A model generated the notes under the pieces. That model had not been told where the DNA came from. It saw only the letters and a program-made list of their open reading frames with translations, and searched no databases. Shown piece after piece: positions 24,747 through 31,922 of a stretch of DNA of 31,922 nt. Made by a program: the position numbers and the translations under genes. The stretch comes from Promethearchaeota archaeon (lineage in GTDB: Archaea; Asgardarchaeota; Thorarchaeia; Thorarchaeales; Thorarchaeaceae), in NCBI GenBank assembly GCA_027031765.1, contig JALVPN010000139.1, positions 1-31,922 of the forward strand, given 5' to 3'. Positions within the stretch are counted from its first letter, which is position 1. Every line of letters begins with the position of its first letter.

Positions 24747-25903
24747 CACAGAAAGAACAGTCATATGAGCGCAAATATGTGACCTTCGAGATCCTGAGCC
24801 CCCTCTACATGGGCGGGGCAACACAGGTAGCACCTGAGATACGGGCCCCATCAATCAAGGGCCTCATGAGGTACTGGTACCGCGCAATTGATTCCCATTT
24901 CAAGAACTGGGAAGCAAAACTCTTCGGCGACGCCGGCGAGAGGGGCATCTCACCGTTCCTCCTGCGGGCCTATGGTGGTGCGTTCGGAGGAGAACAGGAA
25001 AGACTTCAGTGTTGCTACCTACTCCAGCCACCAGAGAAGAAGGGGGACTTGAGCAGCTGCGAAGAGTTTCCTCAAGAATGTGTACCGGCTACGGCCGGCC
25101 TGAGGTATCTGGTATTCCCATTTGGGATGAAAGGCGGTAAACGGGCAGCCTTCAGGCCGGGCCAAAAGATGACGGTAGAAATCGTATTCAGACCACAAAA
25201 GGGACAAGAAATGGAGAAACTGAAACGCGCCATTGCCGGGTCACTCTGGATGATATCAAACATCGGGGGAATGGGCGCACGGTGTAGACGTGGCCTAGGT
25301 TCGGTGCGGGTCGCAGAAACGGACATAGACTGGCCAGAAACGGAGGGGTTGCCGCTCGTCATGAGCACCAGCGATGTGGACAGATGGTGGGAGGACTTCA
25401 AGACGGGCATTGCTAAGATTCGGGAGTGGTTCGGGACCTATAGCGCAGACTACCATGCCACACTGAAGGGCGCAAAAGCGCTCCTTGTGGGGGACAGCAA
25501 TGGAACAGGGTTCAAGTCCTGGAACGGGGCGCTCGGAGCCATAGGGGAAGAGATGAAGTCATTTCGAGCTGGTAGGGACCATCCATTCCTCTACGTGATA
25601 TTTGGTATCCCGCTCGTGAGGAGCCATGCCAGCGTGGTGTGCAAGAAACGGGAACAGGGTGAAGAGCGTAAGTATCGACGTGGTGCTTCTCCGCTCCACT
25701 TCAACGTTGTCAAGACAGACAACGGGTATTATGTCCTCATGTTCTTCACGGGTGCATGGCCGGTTCCAAAGGACTGTACTATCAGCCATCGTGTCATGAG
25801 GGGGCGCCATAGGGGCTACCCACGCACCAGACTCGATGAGTTCTTCGAAGCTGTCCGGAGTAATACTAAGTTCACCGTCAAGCAGTGGGGGGAGGGATTG
25901 TGA
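24743..25903 (+). CDS. cmr1: Type III-B RAMP Cmr1
   Basis: FEILSPLYMGGA, EIRAPSIKGLMRYWYRA, LFG, GGMGARCRRGLGSV, FGIP, R.ASPLHF. Confidence 0.93.
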   Translation: MTQKEQSYERKYVTFEILSPLYMGGATQVAPEIRAPSIKGLMRYWYRAIDSHFKNWEAKLFGDAGERGISPFLLRAYGGAFGGEQERLQCCYLLQPPEKKGDLSSCEEFPQECVPATAGLRYLVFPFGMKGGKRAAFRPGQKMTVEIVFRPQKGQEMEKLKRAIAGSLWMISNIGGMGARCRRGLGSVRVAETDIDWPETEGLPLVMSTSDVDRWWEDFKTGIAKIREWFGTYSADYHATLKGAKALLVGDSNGTGFKSWNGALGAIGEEMKSFRAGRDHPFLYVIFGIPLVRSHASVVCKKREQGEERKYRRGASPLHFNVVKTDNGYYVLMFFTGAWPVPKDCTISHRVMRGRHRGYPRTRLDEFFEAVRSNTKFTVKQWGEGL

Positions 25904-27819
25904 ACCGGGAACAGAGTGACCAATGGGGGGTGAATGGAACGGAGAATCAGGAGGGGTCACAAACGGAAGTCCATATTGCTTTTGGGCCGGTACAGCCGTT
26001 CGTAGCAGCAGCACGAAAGACAGCGGATCTATGGGCCGGATCCATACTGTTGTCACACCTTGCAGAGCACACCATACGGGAACTGTTGGACGAGTATGTC
26101 AGTAAGAACAAGGCAGCGTTTGTTTCACCTTACGTGCCAGTGAACCAGGGGGGCACCACCAAGGAGCAGCCCAAGGCCGCATCGACACCAAATGTGTTCG
26201 AGATTGTCGTGCACTCGGACCATGCGAAACAACTGGCAAGGAGAGCAGTGGAGGTCTGGCGCGAAGAGTGGCAGACGATTGCAGGTAAGGCATGGACTGT
26301 CCTGCAGGACACAGGGTTCCCAGTCGACGGTCACACAAAAGAGATCTGGAACCGTCAGGTGGGCAACCTCTGGGAGTCGTACTGGGTCGTGGGTGAGTAC
26401 ACCAACATGATGTCACGAAAGATGCTCAGGGACCATTTCCGTCCTGCTGAACCGGGATGGAAGTGCACGGTCTGCGGTGAACGGGAGGCGCTCAGGGATC
26501 AGAAGACCACTCGGCAGGGCGTCAGGGATGCATGGGCAAAGGTGAGGGGTTCAGTTGTTACAGAGGACGGTTCTGAACGGCTGTGTGCAGTGTGCTTCGT
26601 CAAGCGTGTCCTGCAGAGAGTCCTCAAAGAGTACCCGCGACAGCAGTTCCCCTCGACAACGTCGTTTGCGGCCGCGCCATGGTTACACGGGGTACTTACT
26701 TCAGAGGACACGCGCATCAGGCAGCTCGCGGAGGAGCTGGCAACTGAGCTGTCAGATGCAGGCGTACCAAAGACCTCGGGAATGCACCTTCCCGACGATG
26801 TGAAGGGAAAGGTTGACGGGACAGTTGCCAACCTCATCAAGTATGACGGCGACTACTTCTTCCCACACAGGTACTACAGTCCTGACCTGACCATAGATGA
26901 GGAGCACCGTGGACATGTGCAGGGCGTCCTGAGAAGACTACTGAGTGCGTGCCGCAAGGCCGGCCTGGGCGAGCCATGGCCCTACTTTTCGATACTTGCC
27001 ATGGACGGGGACAGCATGGGCAGGACTCTCTCAGAGAACCGTGACAAGAAGCCCAACATAAGCAGGGCACTCTACGAGTTCTCCAGGAGAGTCCCAGACA
27101 TCGTGCACCGCGAGGGCGGAAGAGTCGTGTATGCTGGCGGCGACGACGTCCTGGCACTCCTACCAGTCAACAGGGTCCTCACAGCGGCCGAGGCCATCCA
27201 GAAGGAGTACATGAGCAGAATGGGCCATCTCAAGCTACAGGGCACTCCAACTATCAGTGCCGGGATTGTCGTCGGACATGTGAACCTGTCCCTCAAGATG
27301 CTAGTGCGACAGGCCCACCGTCTGCTTGACGACGTAGCAAAGGAGCATCAGTCGACCGACCCCCTCGGCCGGGGGGTGACAGAAAAGGACTCCTTCGCAG
27401 TCGAGGTGTGGGACCGTGGAGGGGCGGCGCTGCGCCTCGTCAAGCGCTGGAATATCAGTGCTGACCAGTACTGGCCCAGTGAGATACAGGACCTGATTGC
27501 TCACAGGACACCAGACAGCCCCGTGCCGTTGACGAGCGGGTTCATCTACTCCGCAGCCCGGACGGTCCAGGAGTTCGTCCACGAGTCCTCCCACGTGGAC
27601 GATGAGGTCCTCCAGGGCCTATTGCTTGCCCAGTACTACACAAGCCGGCACAGGAGGATTGAGGAGCTGAAGAAGACCAAAGACGGGAGAGAGAAGTGTG
27701 AGAGACTTGTGCGCAGAGTGGTGGAACTCATGAAACAGGAAGTGCCTGGACAACCTGCATACTCAGCAGACCATGTCCTGCTCCTAGCATCACTCGTCAG
27801 GAGGGGTGGTGTCAGATGA
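25900..27819 (+). CDS. cmr2: Type III-B Cas10 (Cmr2), HD-less, cyclase motifs intact
   Basis: Begins with GPVQPFVAAARKTADLWAGS.LLS; Zn finger CTVCGER...LCAVCFVKR; FPSTTSFA; MDGDSMG; VYAGGDDVLALLP; TISAGI. GTG 25900 overlaps the cmr1 stop. Confidence 0.95.
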   Translation: MNREQSDQWGVNGTENQEGSQTEVHIAFGPVQPFVAAARKTADLWAGSILLSHLAEHTIRELLDEYVSKNKAAFVSPYVPVNQGGTTKEQPKAASTPNVFEIVVHSDHAKQLARRAVEVWREEWQTIAGKAWTVLQDTGFPVDGHTKEIWNRQVGNLWESYWVVGEYTNMMSRKMLRDHFRPAEPGWKCTVCGEREALRDQKTTRQGVRDAWAKVRGSVVTEDGSERLCAVCFVKRVLQRVLKEYPRQQFPSTTSFAAAPWLHGVLTSEDTRIRQLAEELATELSDAGVPKTSGMHLPDDVKGKVDGTVANLIKYDGDYFFPHRYYSPDLTIDEEHRGHVQGVLRRLLSACRKAGLGEPWPYFSILAMDGDSMGRTLSENRDKKPNISRALYEFSRRVPDIVHREGGRVVYAGGDDVLALLPVNRVLTAAEAIQKEYMSRMGHLKLQGTPTISAGIVVGHVNLSLKMLVRQAHRLLDDVAKEHQSTDPLGRGVTEKDSFAVEVWDRGGAALRLVKRWNISADQYWPSEIQDLIAHRTPDSPVPLTSGFIYSAARTVQEFVHESSHVDDEVLQGLLLAQYYTSRHRRIEELKKTKDGREKCERLVRRVVELMKQEVPGQPAYSADHVLLLASLVRRGGVR

Positions 27820-29012
27820 TCCTCAAGATACAGGCCTTCGATACACTGTTCTTCAGGGACGGCAGTCCCTTCAATGCCGGGGAGTCTGTCATGTTGACAT
27901 CCATGTTCCCACCAGCATCTCCGACAGCCTACGGGCTGGTGCGGGCAGCCCTTGTTGAGGTGTACTGCAAGGAGATCAAGCGGTATGTCTACCGTGGGTG
28001 CAGGGACTGCCCCCATCATGGTACCTGCACCTTGAGGAGTGTTGTGGGTGACCCGAGCCAGCGCGACGGCACGCTGGTGGTGCGAGGGCCGTTTGTCACA
28101 GTGGACGGTACCACATACTACCCGGCACCTGTGGACTTGACCTGCGATGCGGGGAACGCCGGTGACAAGGTGTATCCCGGCTCCGTAACGACGGACACCA
28201 TTGCCAGCGACCTCGGGGACATGAGACTGCCCACACCGGGCACGGGCCGGGTGTACGCTAAGACCCACGATACACACCTGCTCTCATCCCGCGGACTGCA
28301 GGAGTACCTTGCAGGGAGAGCAGTGCAACAAGATGACCTCATCCCAATAGAGATGAGCAACACAGAGAGCAAGGGGTCAGTGGTGGCCAGAGAGACCCGC
28401 ACCGGCATTGCAGTCGACCCCCGTTCGTGGACATCCCTTGAGAAACACCTCTACTGGCTCCAGGTCGTGCGTCCCATGGAAAACGTCACCCTGACCGTGT
28501 GGGTGGACGGTACCAGCGTGAATGGCCAGGAGCACACAATACCCGAGGAGGGTGTGCTGCTGCGGTTCGGCGGAGAGGGCCATATGGTCAACATCATGCC
28601 GGACAGAGAGACAAGACAGCTCGTCCCGGAACCCTGTACCGGAGGCGCGACGACCAAGGACGGCCGGTTCCGTCTCGTGCTGCTGCAGGACGCTGACTTT
28701 GATGGCTCATGGCGGCCGCCAGAGCTCGAGCGCCACGCGACTGAGGAGACCGGTACCATCACCTATCGCGGCAGACTCAGGGGACTGGATGTGGAACTGG
28801 TCAGTGCAGCAGTAGGACGGGCAAGATATGTTGGTGGCTGGGACACGGCAAGGCGACGCCCGAGAGATGTGGCGCCCCTCGTCCCAGCAGGCAGCGTATA
28901 CTACTTCGAATCAGACGCACCATTCGAAACGGTTGTGGAAAGACTCCACAACTCATCGGTCGGTAACAACACGAACACAGGCCTTGGACACTGTGTAGTA
29001 GGAGTGTGGTAA
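27816..29012 (+). CDS. cmr3: Type III-B Cmr3 (Cas5 family)
   Basis: DTLFFRDGSPFNAG, FPP.SPTAYGLVRA, GPF, ETRTGI, FGGEGH, VGGWD...P....VPAGSVYYF, GLG. Confidence 0.94.
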   Translation: MILKIQAFDTLFFRDGSPFNAGESVMLTSMFPPASPTAYGLVRAALVEVYCKEIKRYVYRGCRDCPHHGTCTLRSVVGDPSQRDGTLVVRGPFVTVDGTTYYPAPVDLTCDAGNAGDKVYPGSVTTDTIASDLGDMRLPTPGTGRVYAKTHDTHLLSSRGLQEYLAGRAVQQDDLIPIEMSNTESKGSVVARETRTGIAVDPRSWTSLEKHLYWLQVVRPMENVTLTVWVDGTSVNGQEHTIPEEGVLLRFGGEGHMVNIMPDRETRQLVPEPCTGGATTKDGRFRLVLLQDADFDGSWRPPELERHATEETGTITYRGRLRGLDVELVSAAVGRARYVGGWDTARRRPRDVAPLVPAGSVYYFESDAPFETVVERLHNSSVGNNTNTGLGHCVVGVW

Positions 29013-29016
29013 TAAC

Positions 29017-29928
29017 ATGAACAGAAGATGTGGAATAATAGGGATCTGCACGGAGACCCCCCTCCATGCAGGGACCGGACAGAACGTTGGCGCAATCGAC
29101 CTCCCAGTCCAGCGCGAACGTCACACGGGACTACCAATGATTGTAGGCTCGAGCCTGAAAGGCTGCCTACGTAGTGTTGCACCAGACGACACCGACGTGG
29201 TGTTTGGCGCAAGACTCGGATCCGAAAAACACTTCGCCGGTGCCGTGTCGTTCACAGACTGTCGGCTGCTCGCACTCCCGGTCAGGTCGCTGCAGCGGCT
29301 CTTCCTCTGGGTAACATGCCCCCAGGTCTTGCAGCGCCTCCAGCGTGACCTGCACCTAATCGGAGCAGACGTGAGTGTCCCAGTACCACAGCCAAAGTCG
29401 GACAACACCCTGCTCGCACCGCAGGCAGGGCCCAAAGAGAAGTCAGGGCTCAAAGGAGAGGTAGTCCTTGAAGACCTCATCCTCAAGGTGCAGGAGAGCA
29501 AAGATGTGGCCAGGCTTGCAACTACCATTGCGGGACTGGTACTGGACAACGCAACACACAAGACCCATCTTGAGAGGGCGGAAGGACACACCGTGGTCGT
29601 CACAGACCGGATCTTTGGCTACCTCGCAAGGTTCGGCACACAGGTCGTCGCACGGAACCAGCTGACACCACAGAAGACCAGTAACAACCTGTGGTATACG
29701 GAACTCGTACCACCCGATACGTGGTTCTACTCCGTCGTCATGGCCGGGGCAGGACACACCGAGGAGGACATGGACGCGGACACCGTCTTTGATACGCTCA
29801 GGAAACACGTGAGACCATACCTGCAAATCGGCGGCGGCGAGACCGTCGGCCTGGGGTGGTGCGCACTCCGTATGCTGAGCACCGATGAGATAGTGAAAGT
29901 GTTCGAGTCCGGGACGGAGGGAGCCTGA
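29017..29928 (+). CDS. cmr4: Type III-B Cmr4 (catalytic Cas7)
   Basis: TETPLHAGTG..GAIDLPVQRERHTGLP..GSSLKG (catalytic Asp present), FTDCRLLALPVRS, LWYTELVPPDT, QIGGGETVGLG. Confidence 0.96.
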   Translation: MNRRCGIIGICTETPLHAGTGQNVGAIDLPVQRERHTGLPMIVGSSLKGCLRSVAPDDTDVVFGARLGSEKHFAGAVSFTDCRLLALPVRSLQRLFLWVTCPQVLQRLQRDLHLIGADVSVPVPQPKSDNTLLAPQAGPKEKSGLKGEVVLEDLILKVQESKDVARLATTIAGLVLDNATHKTHLERAEGHTVVVTDRIFGYLARFGTQVVARNQLTPQKTSNNLWYTELVPPDTWFYSVVMAGAGHTEEDMDADTVFDTLRKHVRPYLQIGGGETVGLGWCALRMLSTDEIVKVFESGTEGA

Positions 29929-30326
29929 TGGCAAGCGAAGACGTCAGGTCACTGACAAGAGAAGTGGGCAAGTTCGGCTACAAGTGCGTCAAGAAGGTCA
30001 AGGATGATGAGAGAGCGGCGACCGACTACAAACGTCAGGCACGAAGACTGCCAGCAATGATCCTGCAGAACGGCCTCGGCCAGGCCCTCTCGTTCCTGCT
30101 GTCACTATCGAACGACAACAAGGGAGCAGAACAACTCTACAGGGACATATCCCAATGGCTCAGAGAACGGGACATATACTCCAAGAAAGGTGACGTGGTC
30201 GGTCAGATAATGGAAGGGGACATGGACCAGTACATCCGCGCACAGGAGATGACCCTGACCCTCTTAGACGCACTCTCGCGGTTCGCGGAGGCCTTCATCG
30301 AGGACACAGGGGGCACCGAAGAGTGA
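29928..30326 (+). CDS. cmr5: Type III-B small subunit Cmr5
   Basis: YKRQARRLPAMILQNGLGQALSFL, Y...TL.LL..L.RFAEA; 132 aa. Confidence 0.94.
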   Translation: MASEDVRSLTREVGKFGYKCVKKVKDDERAATDYKRQARRLPAMILQNGLGQALSFLLSLSNDNKGAEQLYRDISQWLRERDIYSKKGDVVGQIMEGDMDQYIRAQEMTLTLLDALSRFAEAFIEDTGGTEE

Positions 30327-31084
30327 CGCTCCCACTGTATCAGAGAACCAGACTCAAACAACTCGTTGCAAGGGCTGATAAAACCTCAAACATCGGTCTG
30401 ATGTTCGAACGCTTCCCCAACCTCCATGAGGTTGCCAGTCCCGATGCTAAACGGGAATTCCTAGAGGACATAATCAAACGAATGGAAGGGAGTAGTGGCT
30501 ATGTCACCAAGGTGCTCCGGGCCGTCAACAACAGGATGGACGCACTCGTAGAGGGGATTGGCGGGATTTGCAGGACTGTGAAAACGGTGTCGAGGCTGAT
30601 AATAGGCCTGGGACAGCCCCACCCCACCGAGACCGGCTTCCGCTGGCACCACACCCTCGGCATACCATACGTACCCGGTAGCTCCCTCAAGGGCGCCTTC
30701 AGGGCCTGGCTAGAACACTACAGGCTCGATACCAAGACAGCCAACGAACACCTGGGCACACAGGAACGGGTCGGGCACATCATATTCTTTGACATGCTGC
30801 CACAAAATGTGCCACGCCTCGAGCTAGATGTGCTCAACGTGCACTACCCCGAATACTACCGTGGTAAAGGCGACCCCGTAGACTATTCATCCCCGATACC
30901 AGTATTCTTCCTCACCGTCGCAGCAGGCTCCAAGTTCAAACTCAGAATGGCCCCAGCTCACGGACACAGTAAAGACACCTGCAGTGAGGTACTGACAGAG
31001 GTGCTGAAGGCACTTGAGGTCATGGGCTTGGGCGGCAAGACCGCCGTCGGATATGGCCGCTTCTCAGAAGAACAGGCACGATGA
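30323..31084 (+). CDS. cmr6: Type III-B RAMP Cmr6
   Basis: SRLIIGLG..HPTETG..WHHTLGIPYVPGSSLKGAFR, FFD.LP, LDVLNVHYPEYY, P.P.FFLTV, GLGGKTAVGYGRF. Confidence 0.95.
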   Translation: MTLPLYQRTRLKQLVARADKTSNIGLMFERFPNLHEVASPDAKREFLEDIIKRMEGSSGYVTKVLRAVNNRMDALVEGIGGICRTVKTVSRLIIGLGQPHPTETGFRWHHTLGIPYVPGSSLKGAFRAWLEHYRLDTKTANEHLGTQERVGHIIFFDMLPQNVPRLELDVLNVHYPEYYRGKGDPVDYSSPIPVFFLTVAAGSKFKLRMAPAHGHSKDTCSEVLTEVLKALEVMGLGGKTAVGYGRFSEEQAR

Positions 31085-31292
31085 GCGGAAAAGGACAACA
31101 CATCTCCCAACAACAGTAGACAGCCCAGTCCCTGCACCGGATGGAAGTGCACACCAGACCAGTGCGCCCAACACCTCCAGACACAACAGCACACCGACCA
31201 GACCAGCACAATGAGACCCAGCCACCCGAACACCCAACCGGGTCAGTACCATAGATGAACCGGCAGGACTCACCGGACAACACACCAAGATC

Positions 31293-31391
31293 CAACCACC
31301 CGTGCGAAGACCACACCCTCTGCAACCACCCGTGCGAAGACCACACCCTCTGCAACCACCCGTGCGAAGACCACACCCTCTGCAACCACCC
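31293..31391. repeat. Perfect 30-bp tandem repeat, 3.3 copies
   Basis: CAACCACCCGTGCGAAGACCACACCCTCTG at 31293, 31323 and 31353, plus partial CAACCACCC at 31383-31391. Confidence 0.97.
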
Positions 31392-31744
31392 ATGGCAGGG
31401 CTACACCTCTCCAGTGTTACCCCACCCCAGTACCCCGCCGAGCAGTACCCCGACCATTACCTGTCCACCCACTCCAACAATAAGTCGGCACACCAGACCA
31501 CGTCACACCACATCAGACTGCATCACATTGAACCAGACCGCATCACATCACCCACACCCCAGACCACCACGCAACACACCCAGCAACCACGACCTCTCGC
31601 ATATCCCACAACAACAGAGAACACAGATACCAATACCCGAACACATAGCCATACACCATCACAGGACGCACCACAACCAAGAACAACACCAGCACCAGTA
31701 CACAGTCCCAACACACCCAACTGCAACCACCACCCCGCCGCAGA

Positions 31745-31823
31745 ACCGGAGGTTTCGAGATACCGGCATGAAAAACAGTACCCATAACATTTATCTCTGC
31801 GAAATCACGCATAAACCACACCT
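31745..31823 (+). promoter_or_regulatory. CRISPR leader with AT-rich BRE/TATA-like elements
   Basis: GAAAAA at 31770-31775 and TTTAT at 31790-31794, about 30 bp before repeat 1; contrasts with the C/A-rich upstream DNA. Confidence 0.65.
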
Positions 31824-31922
31824 GTTGCAATCAGACTAGAACTAGGGTTGAAACTTCTTGCGGAGGCGGAGCTCATCGGCGCCGGGCCGATGTTGCAATC
31901 AGACTAGAACTAGGGTTGAAAC
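31824..31922 (+). CRISPR. Leader-proximal end of a CRISPR array: two identical 31-bp repeats and one 37-bp spacer, truncated by the window end
   Basis: GTTGCAATCAGACTAGAACTAGGGTTGAAAC at 31824-31854 and 31892-31922; spacer TTCTTGCGGAGGCGGAGCTCATCGGCGCCGGGCCGAT. Ends in the canonical TTGAAAC handle and resembles Thermococcales GTTxCAATAAGAC..TTGAAA repeats. Confidence 0.93.

Noticed and set aside
31293-31391. The 30-bp tandem repeat as a second CRISPR array
   Set aside because: No spacers between copies and no GAAA(C/G)-type handle.
31255-31839. His/Pro/Thr-rich ORFs (31255..31839, 31302..31787) and their antisense counterparts as real proteins
   Set aside because: They result from stop-poor C/A-skewed DNA and the 30-bp tandem repeat, and run through the leader into the array.
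31855-31891. Self-targeting of the spacer within this window
   Set aside because: No convincing match on either strand by eye; a formal alignment was not possible.
1-31922. tRNA, rRNA, integrase, transposase (CAST-like) or reverse-transcriptase genes
   Set aside because: None recognisable; all long ORFs are accounted for by Cas proteins and the three central genes.

Overview
This 31.9 kb window (about 58-60% GC) is almost entirely an archaeal CRISPR-Cas super-locus. Archaeal origin is supported by GGTGA/GGAGG ribosome sites, TATA boxes, Csa1/Csa3 and a Thermococcales-style repeat; an Asgard/Thorarchaeia-like host is my inference, not proven. Left to right: (1) about 250 bp of apparently foreign, alphaproteobacterial-like sequence joined to a 5'-truncated cas1, then cas2-cas4 (+). 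(2) A complete type I-D interference operon (+): cas10d with HD domain, a separately encoded cas11d-like small subunit, csc2/cas7d, csc1/cas5d, cas3', cas6, then the I-A-type Cas4 paralogue csa1. (3) A central cassette: Csa3 (CARF-wHTH) coupled to a 540-aa double-HTH Lrp-like protein (+), and a Zn-ribbon/TPR DUF2225-like gene (-). (4) A complete type I-B (Tneap/Cst) operon (-): cas6-cas8b1-cas7-cas5-cas3-cas4-cas1-cas2. (5) A divergent type III-B operon (+): a decayed Csx1-like CARF gene remnant, cmr1, an HD-less cmr2 with intact GGDD, cmr3-cmr6. (6) A C/A-rich degenerate stretch with a 30-bp tandem repeat, a leader, and the first two 31-bp repeats plus one 37-bp spacer of a CRISPR array cut by the window end. 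Best lead: the type III-B module has no HD nuclease and no intact ancillary nuclease in the window, so its signal may be read only by the Csa3/Lrp-like regulator pair between the two type I systems (a possible signalling-only type III). Several repeat-like non-coding elements and candidate operators lie in the intergenic regions.
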